Below, one piece after another: positions 1-12,800 of a stretch of 64,000 nt of DNA. Position 1 is the first letter of the stretch. Every line of letters starts with the position of its first letter. The position numbers were made by a program, and so were the translations under genes. The stretch comes from Lytechinus pictus (lineage: Eukaryota), in NCBI RefSeq assembly GCF_037042905.1, contig NC_087246.1, forward strand, positions 3,226,001 through 3,290,000. Reading direction: 5' to 3'. The notes beneath the pieces were generated by a model. The model did no database searches. It had not been told where the DNA came from and saw only the letters and a list, made by a program, of their open reading frames with translations.

Positions 1-662
1 AAATGTAGAAAAGGTTGCCTGTAATAATACAAAGCCTCAAACTCAATTTTGTTTTCTTTTTCAAGCGTGTATCAGTTTCTATTTTTCATGTTTATTCTGC
101 CCCAACCCTATAATAAATACATGTACAGTATGTTCTTGCCGAGTAGTTCATTTGGAATGCTATAATTGAAGCCAATCCTTTTTACTGTTCCCTTGAAGGG
201 CCATGGTTTGCAATATAATTTCAATTTCTTTTGGTATTATTATTACCTGCTTTGATATTAGATGTTTGAAAGAAGGTGGTAGGTGATTAATACATACACA
301 CAGTATATAGAAGACTTTCTACAGGTTTTGTTGAGTTTCAATGATCAATATTGATTATATTAGACTATCGCAAATACATTCCAATTTAACTAAATGCTAA
401 TTGCTTCTTTTTGAAAGCTGCAGCCTCTTATAAAGACGGTAAAGACTGTTTACACATGACAAATCTGTAGATCTAGTTCTTGCACATCAGTATTAAAAGC
501 TACGTTTTGTTCGGGGATGGGAGCCTAATTTTCATTTTTTATTACATTTTGACTGTAAATTTTATTTATAAGTATCTTATACAATTTTAGATCACATCAT
601 TCACAAAATCAGTGATTTTTTTCCAGCAATTACTGTTATTAGGATTCTACATCACATATTAA

Positions 663-672
663 TTTCCTTGAC
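663..672 (+). promoter_or_regulatory. U12-type (minor spliceosome) branch-point sequence
   Basis: TTTCCTTGAC 14 nt upstream of the AG at 686-687, with no strong polypyrimidine tract. Confidence 0.7.
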
Positions 673-687
673 CAATCCTATCTTGAG

Positions 688-830
688 GTATCATCATCGG
701 AACCTTCCAGGAGAAGGGGGCGTCAACCTTCTGGAGTGTGGTGTGTAGGTTACCGGTTCAGGGTAACCCGGTGGTATGCTGGAAGTTCTGTCACACCCTT
801 CATAAAGTACTGCGAGAGGGCCATGAAGAG
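688..830 (+). CDS. HIP1: HIP1 exon, ANTH domain
   Basis: IIIGTFQEKGASTFWSVVCRLPVQGNPVVCWKFCHTLHKVLREGHEE; AG at 686-687, donor GTAAGC. Confidence 0.92.
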
Positions 831-3800
831 GTAAGCATCTAGACCAATTTTTATAAGAACTAAAAAATGATTGAATAGTGTTTATTGTTTTTTTACTACA
901 TGCACATGCAGTCAAGTAGTAAAAAAAAGGTAATGCAAAAGCTGTTCATGCAGGTCTTTTTGTCACAAGTTAATAATCAAAAGAGATACAAAGCTAGGCC
1001 ATACTTAAAAAATGGACTGTTTTTAGTGCATACATATGTGAAACCACATATGTAACAGTAATAATACCCTGTTATCGTCAATTTGCCCTGTGTGTGTGTC
1101 AGAAGTGATGATTATTTTGCCTACATGTATGTCAGAAATAAACAATGAAATTGTCCGGTGGTCATTAGTGAATTATCAGATACATACAGTATGTTAAGGT
1201 GGACAACTTGACCACATTCAGTCACTTTTTGGATCAATCTTTTTTGTTCAGTAGATGTTTTAGGATATACATGTATGGTCAGTTGGTTTTACTAATAAAC
1301 TGCATGTCAGAATGAGGCTTGTAAGGAAGCAACCAGTGGATCAGTGATGTCCCAGTGGACCAGTGGCTTTAATTCTTCCACAATCAGATTATAGGAGCAG
1401 TACCCGGGGGGGGGGGGGGGGCACTCACATACATGTATATTGGTGGTACAGGGACGTGCCGCTTTGATGACCCCCTTTTTTAGACCTAATTTTCAGTTCT
1501 TTATATACTCCGAATGACAAAAGTTCCATTCAGAAGCCGCCCCGCTCGCAAGACTCCCGTTACAAAACATCTCAGTTCCCTAGCCCTGTCAAAATTGTCC
1601 AGCACGAGCACTGCATGCGAGACCTGCACGCACGGCTTCACAACTCCCTCCACGTGCAGCTTTATGCACTGCTAGTGCCCACAGATACATGCACAGCGCT
1701 AGCGTGCACCATATGCTGTACCGTGATCCCGTTCCGTAGACCCTGTTTTTCACACCGCCCAGTAGATCCCAAGGCCCTGTATTTGACCTTTGTGGTCAAT
1801 TCCTTATACCCCCATTTCACGGTTTCATGAGGCACCCCCTATCAAAAATTAGCAGTATCATGTCAACTTGGTTTTGAACCTCCTTTTAATGTTTGCTTAT
1901 TGATTGAACTCATCTTGGATTATATATCCTTTATCTTGTTTTTATGAGGCGCGGTAGCTGGCTAGTTGCCCTCCTGAAGTATGCATGTCCCTACATGAAC
2001 TATTGTGAAGAAAACAATCAGCAACTGAAAATAACTTTTGAGACCTGTTTCAGAGGCTCCCCATGTCCCTGATGTTGTAATTTCCGTATTAAGGAGGGGA
2101 AAGTGATATAAGCAAGAGGTTCATTCATTCATGACAAATAAACTGCTATTCTTGTAATTATTTTTAAATAAGGAGAGGGGACCAGTGCAATATGTAGGGT
2201 CTGATACAGTATAGGATCAATCCCTCCATTCATTTTCATGCAATTATATAATTGGTTAGTCACATTACAAAAATATGGTTTGGCCAAAAATTTATATTTT
2301 TTCCTGCAAATCAATTTTGGTGCTTATGTACCCAGCCAAAAATAAATACTTTTCTTGATTGTTTAACTTGAAATTGAAGCCATGGGAGTGAACACGTACA
2401 TGTGTATGTGGAATAGCTGTGTACACTTACATTTAGAAGCAGTCATTCTTTCGACTTTGTCTTTAAAGATTCAACTTATTATGATGACACTCAAGAAATA
2501 AGATACAATGTAGATATGTACTATGGACTATTGAGTTTTAAGAACTGAAAGTTTTATCATTAAAAGGAGGCAGATTTGTAATTTTGAAAGCTTATCTGAA
2601 CATGACACTTTTAATGCATTTTTTTCATTCAATATATTTATTCATGTACATGTACATGCGCATCTGAAGATAGATCTTTTTATTGCACAAACAATAATCT
2701 TAAAAGTGAAACCTGCTTTGAAATGTCTCTTGAAAACTTTAATTCCTTTTCCCCTTATATTCTTTGGAAATGATATTGTTTGTAATTTATCATCTGCATT
2801 TAGACAGATTGATGGTGTGTTTACATAATTTCTTACATTTCATGCAGTTATTTCCTTCTTTAGCTATAATTTGAAAGCAAAACTATGAATTATATTCTCA
2901 GGCACATGTACAGATGAAAATAAATTGTTGGTGTTACATGTAAATGCAATATGTTTTACCCTTTTTCATATAATTCTTTTATATCAGTGACCTTTTCCTT
3001 TCCATATACATGTAGTCTACCTTAAAATGTTCATGAAAGTGGCTTGTGTTGTGTGCAAAATAAAAAAATTGAATTCCAGAAAATAGGAGAGATACTTGTA
3101 TAAATAAGGTATTTGATAAAGTGACATCTTAAGGTTGTCTACTGCTACACGCACATTAGCCTGCCTTTATGGAAAGTGACTAGAACTTTAAATCAAGAAT
3201 GTATTTATCATAACATACATTTACAATTATTGCAGTTATATTCTCTTTTGTTTTTTATGTATACTATTATCCAATGTCATGCCTTGGCTGATAACAGATT
3301 ACCGTATATACATTTTCATGAATTACAAATAGGCTTATATGTTTACTTTTCAAAGTTTTGATTAAAAACAAGAGTGTTCATAGTATTATGCATGCATGTA
3401 ACATGTAGGCCTACATGAAATCTTCAGGTAGCTTATTACAGTTTTAAACTCCGACTGCATGTTCATGTATACATACATGTTTACATGTACAGTGCATAGT
3501 CACGAATACACTGTACATGTTTCATAATAACTTACAAATTTGCTATTTTAAGTTCACATGAATTCCTCCTCTTGATTCATGACCTACTGTAGTCACAGTC
3601 AGTGGTTTTGTGTGAGCCAAAATTCAGTTTGTACATGTACATGTAGTCCTCCGGGGGGGGGGGGGGGGGGGGGGGGGGCCACTTCCATTGACGAGTGGAT
3701 ACCATGCGCGACCATGAGGTCTCAAAAAGCACCCTCAACACGTATTTTCCATATTCTGAAAATGCACCCCTAACAAGTATTGGCGTGTGAAACCGTACCC

Positions 3801-6800
3801 TTAACAAGTATTGGAACCATAACGATACTTTTGTCAAGTATTCCCTGAATTGAACCCCTAAACAAGTACAGCGATTATGTCATGAACGTCGGTCGTCGGT
3901 TTTACCTTTACCTACATCAATGGGTTTAGTACAGCCCCACTCGTGCAAATCGTACTCTTAACACGTATAGTGTTGACTCTTGGGGCAAAAAGTACATCCT
4001 TTATAAAACATTTTAGTCTCGGTTTTTTATACCCTCGCAAATATGACCCTAAACATCGAAAATAGATACCCTTTTTTCATTATTTTAGTGTTTTTGACAC
4101 CCTTATTACGTTACTTACGTAACGTGCCCAATCTTGAAAAAGACATCCCTTTACGTGTTTTTTTGGTTGCGCATGGTATCCATTCGTCAATGTAAGTGCC
4201 CCCCCCCCCCCCGGGGTAGTACCTTGCTTTTGACCAGTCAGTCAGCGAGCTAGTGAGAGTGGAAATTCCCAGTGCCCAATTGTATTGTATTTGTACTGTA
4301 CACGAAAGTATGACTCATTCGACCTGCTCAGCATGTACATTATCATTGACAGGTAGATACTGTACATAGCATATTGGCAAGTGAATGAAGTTTGATTTTA
4401 CTAAACCCTTTTACATTAGTATAAGACAGACTTAGACACTGTTCTCATTACAGTCCTGAAAATGGTTATTAGTGGAAACTACATAGTACATGTACGTACA
4501 TGTACTATGTAGTTTAACATGTAATGGGAAACGATCAATCATCATGGAAGCAATCTTGCAAATCAGTTTGGAAAACCACCTCGTGATGTGGTTTTCAAGA
4601 CCGCTTTGCCTCCTTAAAGCATGGACCTACTAGTAGTCCATGCTTAAAGTAACCAGTGTAAGCATGGGTGAGGACACAAACATTCTTTGGGAAGTGATCT
4701 TTCACACATGTTTGGTGTGCTACTCCACACACTGTGTAGAATGTCTACACTGCAGTATCATAATTTGCACAAAACTTGTCACCCCACTGAGAGTGTGGAC
4801 CATAGCAACAACACCACTTTTACTTGGAATGGTTTTGAAAACCACTTTCAGGTGATCAGATGGGAACGCTAGCAAATCGAAACTGGTTTCCTGAACCAGT
4901 TTCCACTATAACTAGTTTTAGAAAGTATACTGAGAAAGGGGTCTAAAATTGACAGTAGAGTCCACTTCATGTTGACATCGATTGGTTAATAGTTTACCTT
5001 ACACAAGCTCTTCCTGACATTGCAATAGTCTGGTCAAGTTCGCTCATGCTTCAGATCTAGAATTTTTGGAGTACAATGTACATGTTTTGAAGTGTCAAAT
5101 CGAAGAAAGTCTTTGCATTGGTAACATTACCTCAGACAGCAGAGGTCAGAGGTCAATTGGGGCCAGGGGAATTCCCTGTGTGCTGCCACTTTTACACTAG
5201 TCTGCGGGAATAGACCCTGATTGAAACTTTGATCAACAAGTGGGTCTTCACACAAGACTAGCACATATATTGCTGTTTCAATTTCCTGAGCAAGAGGGCC
5301 TTCAGTACACAAGTCATTGTAGGCTGAGTATTCAGACCACTTAAACTCAAGTGATGGGTTTGCACAGCAGACTACAATATGTACTTCAACACTACATGGA
5401 CACATCAAAGTGCATTGACTTACTATTCTGTCTACACATTATGGCCAAGGATATGTTTCCAATGCCCAAATAAAGCAAGTCTTGCTGGATTATAGTTACA
5501 GTATACTATTTTCTATAGGCAATAGATATCATATAATATTTCAATGATATGTATTCCATTTTAAATGTATTGATTTATTTTAATTTACATGTAAATACGT
5601 CACAATTCGGCTTGGCCGCCATGATGTATGAGTTTTATCAAATAAACCATTTATCTATCTATCTATATCAAGAGCTTACAGTATACAGTATTGTGGGTTT
5701 TTTATTGGTGTTGCAAAATTATGTCTGTAGAAACAAATTATCCACAAAAAAAAGGGATGCCAAATTGACAATACACTGTATACAATGACTTTATAAGAGA
5801 CAGCTGAACATGCAGATTGTCACCAGTATTTATTTTTTTAAATTAAATATGAAAAATGTCCAGTCTTTGTGTCGGCATATATTCCATAAGTTTCTCAGTA
5901 ATTTTGTTTTTTAGTACACGTGCATTATACAGAATTATAGGTAGCTATATTGTAGACCCCATTCTGATCTACATGTACTTTCTTATTAACTGGTTTTATA
6001 ACTTCATGATCATTCTCAACAACATCTCCTGAATTGTTTTCCAAAGCCATTTCAACAATCTTGTTGCTGTTGGAATACTCTCAGTAGGGTCACATGTTTC
6101 GTGCTAAATTTGAAACTGTAACATAGGCATTCTACACACAGTGTGTATTGAGTAGTGCTTCCAATATGCACACACTCCCTGGGCGAAGATCGCTTCCCGG
6201 GGATTTGATGTGTCGTTATCTTTGCTGAAACCAGTTACATTGTAAACCATGCAAAACAATCTAGAAAACCATGGTTTGGGAGACCAAGACCGCATTGAGC
6301 ATCCCCCACTTCACTTAACTGGTTTCCACTATGTAGCAAACTACAAGGACTGTACTGTAGGCCAACATTCTATTTGAAGCATGCCCTTGTCTAAACGCAT
6401 ACTTTAGGACAGTTCCGGTCGCCTGTCATTACAGTATACCCAATTATGTCTACTCTGGCTTCTAATTGCATCCACACATGTACCGTTCTACTGATGAGTG
6501 ACTCAAAGACACCAAATTCATTGGATCTTATGATGACCTCTTATCACAAATTAGATGTTAAAAACTACCCTTGGCTGGGTCTTAGTGTAAAGTTTTATGT
6601 AGTTAAACAGACATTTCATGTCACAGATACATCTATGTATATGTTCTGTTTACCATGTTGTCTTCTGTATTAATGTGTTCAAGATAATCTTTTTTTAATA
6701 CATAAGGAAATTTTGAGAAAAAAAGAAAATATAAAAGAATGTACATGTATGAAATCTATGCTACAATACAAGTTACATAATACAAATCAGAGGGCAATTC

Positions 6801-9800
6801 AAAAACTTTTTGTCTTAAAATTATATATGGTGAAAAGTACACAGAATGTATAAAACAATAACATATTTATATAAAAATAAAATACAGTATTGAGTAAAGG
6901 GGTTACATGCTTACAAGTCATGAATGCGAATAGAGATACATTGTCCAATACATAAATTGTTACCAGTACAACAAATTTACAAATATTTGTTATTATTCGC
7001 AGGCTCAGAAGCAGCTAAGACAACACACAGATCATTTGAAAGATCTTGGAACAATGTGGGTGAGTTTGAAATTCATTATTCATTTGTTAAATAAATTTTA
7101 CATTTGTTTTCTTTTTTAAGGCATTTTCATTATTCTGGGCTATGTATGAAGAGACTACATATGAAAAAAAAAATTATATATTATATATCATGTGCTTTTT
7201 CCTTGTTTGATCTTGAAATTTGCAAAGTTGAGAGACAGGTAGAACAGTAAAATCAAGAGATCTGGGACTTTGGTAAAAACCTCTTTTGTGTTCACAGATT
7301 TGAATTAAAATCCCTCTTTTTCTCCATGGGTCAAAACCCATTTGAACGTCATCAAATTTCTAAATAAGGACAGAAATTTATACCAAAGATAGAGAAAGTA
7401 TTCATTCTGGACCCCATACTCCTAATAAACATTTGTTGATTTCTTATAGAATGTACAAATTGTATTTATACTTTGAAAGTTATTAATTATTATCAATAAT
7501 TGCAAGTTATTAATGCATTCAGTTTATGTTGCAGAGAAGATTTCTTTTATTTTTGTCATTTTATGTCAATATCTACTGCTAAAAAGAATGGACAATTTCC
7601 CCAATCTCAGTTGAAAAAAACATGGAGATCATGAAAATTTACAGCATAATTATTATGAGTTCATTTATGAAAATTTATTTCACTCTTGCATTTTTCCATT
7701 TTGAAAACAATTAACTTTTAGTGAGACTTTGTTGACAGACTTTGAAAAAGAGCTTGAATTCCGTGAATTTCTGCAAATCTTCTGCTAATTAAATCAATCA
7801 GTCATTTACAATGGGATCTTGTTATCTGAGATTAGCATGGATTTAATGAAAGCTTTCCCATGTGTTCTTGCATTGACTCTTATCATATGGTTCTCTAATT
7901 AAACAGCTCACAGTTAATTAGCTTGATCTGCACAATTTATCCCTAATTAGAACAATTATTTGTGAAATTGCCTGAATTAAAGAAACTAAAAGACTTAAAG
8001 TGTTTTCTAATGAGATATGAAAGAGTCTTCATTTTACAGTGTATGATGTATTATACACATACATGTATGATATTTTTGAGGAATGATAATGTAAATGTTG
8101 TTCTGCTCAGATATACATGTATGTATGTCAAATGCACAGAATTGTGACCAAGACATTTCCAAGATATATATTGTACAGTAAGCCTACTGATTTGAAATGG
8201 CCTACATTATCTGCATTAATCACATATCCTGAGGACCATTCACCCTTGATGGCACAGTATGCAAATCTACTGTATAGCAATGCAAAGATATTTGTGAATT
8301 TAATGATCTGTTGTATTTAAACAATACATTAAAAATTACCTATTAGGCTTTGGGTTTGGTCAAAGTCAAACATTGTTTATTTACTTTATTTTTTTTCTTT
8401 TCAGCATCATTTCCATGATGGTTATGGTAAGCTAAATGCTGCCTACTGCACTCTACTCAATACCAAACTGGAATTCCATAGAAAGGTGGGTGTGTAAATA
8501 GATAGGCTTACCTCCAGTCAGCTTGATAATTCTGTTATTTTCAAACAACAATTGTTTTTGCATTAAGGTTTGAGTATGTTTCAAGAATTTCAGATGAAAG
8601 TTTTGTGCTCCCAAGTTTTTTGAAGGAATTTCTTATAATTAATGTTATAATGATTTCATGAATATCTAGCCCAAAGTGCTTTGTTTGGTGTGGAGCTAAA
8701 ATTTTGGTTTACAGTCAGAAATGCATAGAGATCTACATTTATGCAGTATCTTTCTATTCATGTTATGATGTGATTTTCATTACAAAATAAAAACAAAATA
8801 CATAGCCCCATTCATCTATTCTTGATAAAAGTGTGTGCTTTATTCATTTTAATCCTGGGTTGTTGATGACTTATTTCTTATTCCATTCTAGTGAGAACTT
8901 TATTTCTTTGTGAGGACAATATAATTTGTCTTTGAGAATAGGCTATAAAACTGTTACCATGTTGTGATCTGTGTGTTGAATAAACACCCAGCTGGCAGTG
9001 ATGTGTGTAAATGACAATAGTGAATTTGTAGGATAAATGAATTTGAATAATGTAGTTGAAAGTCTACTGAGGTCAAGTACTGTAATATCCGTAGAAAAGT
9101 AGACTATTCATTTCTTTATTGTTATATTCAGCAGTTAAATGTATTGGCATTGAGTGCAGTTCCATGCCCTTATGTTGATATTTCCTTTCAATTCAAATAA
9201 ACATTTATTTTCTTCCTTTTCATTACATTTTTCGTAAACATTAATTCATACAAAAATCAATTTGTTATGAAGAATGCAAATATGTACATCTTTATTTCAT
9301 AATACCTGTTGACTATATTATACCATAACATAATCTGTTTCCATTCATAACATACAAAATAATGGTGAAATAAATTTTACTATAATTAGAGCATGGTGAA
9401 AGAAAGAAGAGAGAGAAAAAATGTATTACCAAGTTTGATATTTTATCAGCAATGAATAGGTAAAATAAAATACACTTGCCACCCTAGTCTAAATGCAGGC
9501 CAAATATACAGCGTAGGACCTTTATTAGGCATTTCATTGCACAGTAGCTATCATAATGTATTAAAAAGCTAGATATTGATATGATTTTTTTATCCACCTT
9601 TTCACTTTTCGTATTTGTCTATGTTTAGAATCCTTCCATGCCAGGTAATCTTGTGCTTCAAGAGCCAGAGAAAGACATTGAAAAAATGTGTGAAAATGAC
9701 ATCAATAACTAGTAAGTGGATTTTGGTTTGGAGGATAGTCTTCCTAAATTAATTTTAATTGAGTTGTTTTTCAGAGATGCAACAACATGCATGGTACATG

Positions 9801-12800
9801 CATGGTACAGTGTACATTGGGGAAAATAATGCCACAAGCAGTTGTGGTCTGGGGCTTGGTTAGATTGCATTTCATATAATATATTTATCATTAAATGTCA
9901 TTTCTTTTCTTTCAACTCTATTGATATTTGAGATTTTCATTATGGGAAAATAATCAGTATCATATTTGATGTAAATCATTTCAAAGAAGGAAATATTCTT
10001 TATGTATCTTCATTAACCAGGATTTTTTTCATTGCTCAGTACAGGAATTTTTAGAATGTTATATTGCAATCTCAAGCTGGTTTTTATTATACCAAATCTT
10101 ACTTTATTACATACATGTCGATGTCTCAACTATCTACTTTTAATAATTTCAAATGTAGATAATTAAGAATGTATTATGTATACAATCTCTGAATTAATGT
10201 AAATCATATTTTATGTAAACATTGCATAAATAATCTTTAGACAGAAGCTTTACACCAACATTATATTGAATTCAATTCAATTCAATATGTAAAGAATACT
10301 TAAAAAAAAAAACAGAAAATTCTCAAAGTTGCAATGATAATTATTTCTATTCTTTTACTACTTTCAAAGAGAGATTGATATTCATATGTGGACCTGTCAA
10401 TTGCTCAGTTTTGGTATGAAATTAGTAATGAAATATATTTATTTTTAGAAATATTTCAGTTTGAATTTAATATCTTTTTCTTCTTTCACAGCTTCCAGAT
10501 GTCTGTTGAAATCTTTGATTATTTAGAATCCCTCATTACACTGCAAGCAGCAGGTAAGCTGTTAAACAGAGATCAATTTTTCATGAAATAATTTCTTAAA
10601 CTATGAAAATGCATCACTGTTATTAAAGTAATGAGTAGACATTTGATAGGAACAATAACTGGTTTTGTTTCGAATAAAGCAAAAAAAAATGGCAACAGTG
10701 TAATCATTGCTCCAATTTAAACTATTCAAATTATCTGTATGGTCTACAGTGGGCCATGCTTAATCGGTTCATTTGTCTTTGAAATGCCTTGAATGATTTC
10801 ATCATGATTTATTTGAATTTGGAAGAAAGTTTCATGATTTATAATGTATTTTACTGATCATTTATTTATGGATTTGTTTCTTACCAACTGACAGTTTTCC
10901 GATCATTTGACATGTCCAGAGCTTTGTCCGGTACTCCCTCTGGTCAGTGCCGACTTTCACCCCTCATTCCTGTCATCTTAGATTCTGCTCAGCTCTATGA
11001 CTTCAGCGTCAGATTACTTTATAAACTACATGCTTGTAAGTAAAATTCACTAGTGACTGGAAGTCATTATCTGCTTGTACATGTTATTAATATTAGTAGA
11101 AGCTGTAGGATAATTGACATAAAACTGATTAAAGCTGGTGTCATATTGTCTAAATTCCATGAAAACATCCTTGCCAAATGTCATTTGATATTTCACATGT
11201 AAACTGTTGGACGTTTCATACAGCTGTTTGTAAGTTACAAGCAAATTTAGGAATGACCGGTGATTCTTTCTTTAGAACTAAATCAACACCCAAAGAAAAT
11301 CTGGTGTGTATCATTTACCACAAGAAAGGATCACCAGTTATTTGTAAAGTCACTGGTAAGTTAAGAAAAGCTTTATGAAACACCCAACCTGGTGATTTTT
11401 AGCAAAATGTTTCAAATTTCATGAATCAAATGTCTCAGTCTAATCAATGATCTGATGATAGTGAGTTTCCCTGCATTGAATGTGCATAAGGATTGCACAT
11501 ATATTTGCAGGAACAGATTCAAATTGGTTCTTCACCCCAGTGGCTTTGTATAGCACCAATGTACAATGTTGGTATTTTATATATTTAAGCTATTTCTGAA
11601 TGGCACCAATGTACAATGTTTGTATTTTATATATTTAAGCTATTTCCTGAACCAACATTGACAAATGAATGTTGCCTGTGTTTGTAATTTAAGACCTAAC
11701 ATCAATGGTCATCTGTTATTTAGCTGATAAAGTACTTAAATATCTAAAGAACCCATATTGCTACTACAGTATATCTTTGAAAAAACTAAGTTGTGGCAAT
11801 TATCACAAAATCATTTCAACAGAGTGGCTACCAAATTTATAAATGCATGAATAAATATGTGTCAATGGTTCTGGTAAAAAATGATTACCGGTCATTGTTC
11901 ACACCATGACTAGGAAAAGCATGAAATCCTGTCATTCAAAGCTCTTATTTCTGAGTTATTGATCATGAACAGCCACATACCCATTTGTGCTTGTCAGTTT
12001 TGGCACATTAATTCATTTTGATTTTTAAATATTGTTTTCACGTTGGCATTCTTCAATTGTTTCAGATTCTATTTTGACTTTTCAAGTTTGCTTTACCGTA
12101 ATGAGACTGGTACAATCAGCACACAAATGAATGGATTTGAGGCAAAACAATTCAAATAAGGGAAGTACAACCTGCGCAGTATACAGCATGAAAAATATGG
12201 TGTATTACATCTTAATAACCAGAATTTATGTTTATCATAATATACAGGCTTGCCATCAGACACACTTGAAGGTCATAGATCACGTTTCCTGAAGCAATTT
12301 CATGCCTTGAAGGAGTTCTACACCAAATGCAGTAGCATCATCTACTTCAGAAGACTTATTCAAGTTCCCACATTACCTGCAGTGAGTAATCCATCTCTAA
12401 ATTTAAGTCCCCTGAACTGTATCATATGACAATTTTGTATTAAAGAGGATAATATTTGGTGATGGACATACCGACAGGGCGTCGTAGTCTAGCGCTTTTG
12501 TAGGGGCGTAGCGGTTAAAACTCTTGTCTAAATCTGAAGGACGTGGGTTCGAATCCAAGCCATGGCGTGTCTTTCTTTAGCAAGAAATTTACCCACACTA
12601 TGCTGCACTCAACCCAGGTGAGGTAAATGGGTACCGACAGGAAGTAATTCCTCAAAAAGCTGTGCGCACCGGAATCGGTAGACTAGCTTAGCCGGGGTAA
12701 TATAGGAGCACCTTGAGCTCCTAGCAAGGTGGATATGTGCGCTATACAAATCCTATATCATTATTATTTAAGGAAGATGGGTATTTTGTCATTGATAATT

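Noticed and set aside
5127..5408. Nested antisense gene in the HIP1 intron (93-aa ORF ending at a GTAATG donor-like site)
   Set aside because: No recognisable protein similarity, no clear acceptor and no partner exons.
12477..12565. tRNA gene
   Set aside because: A B box is present but no cloverleaf; it continues into a SINE core and tail with several decayed copies in the window.
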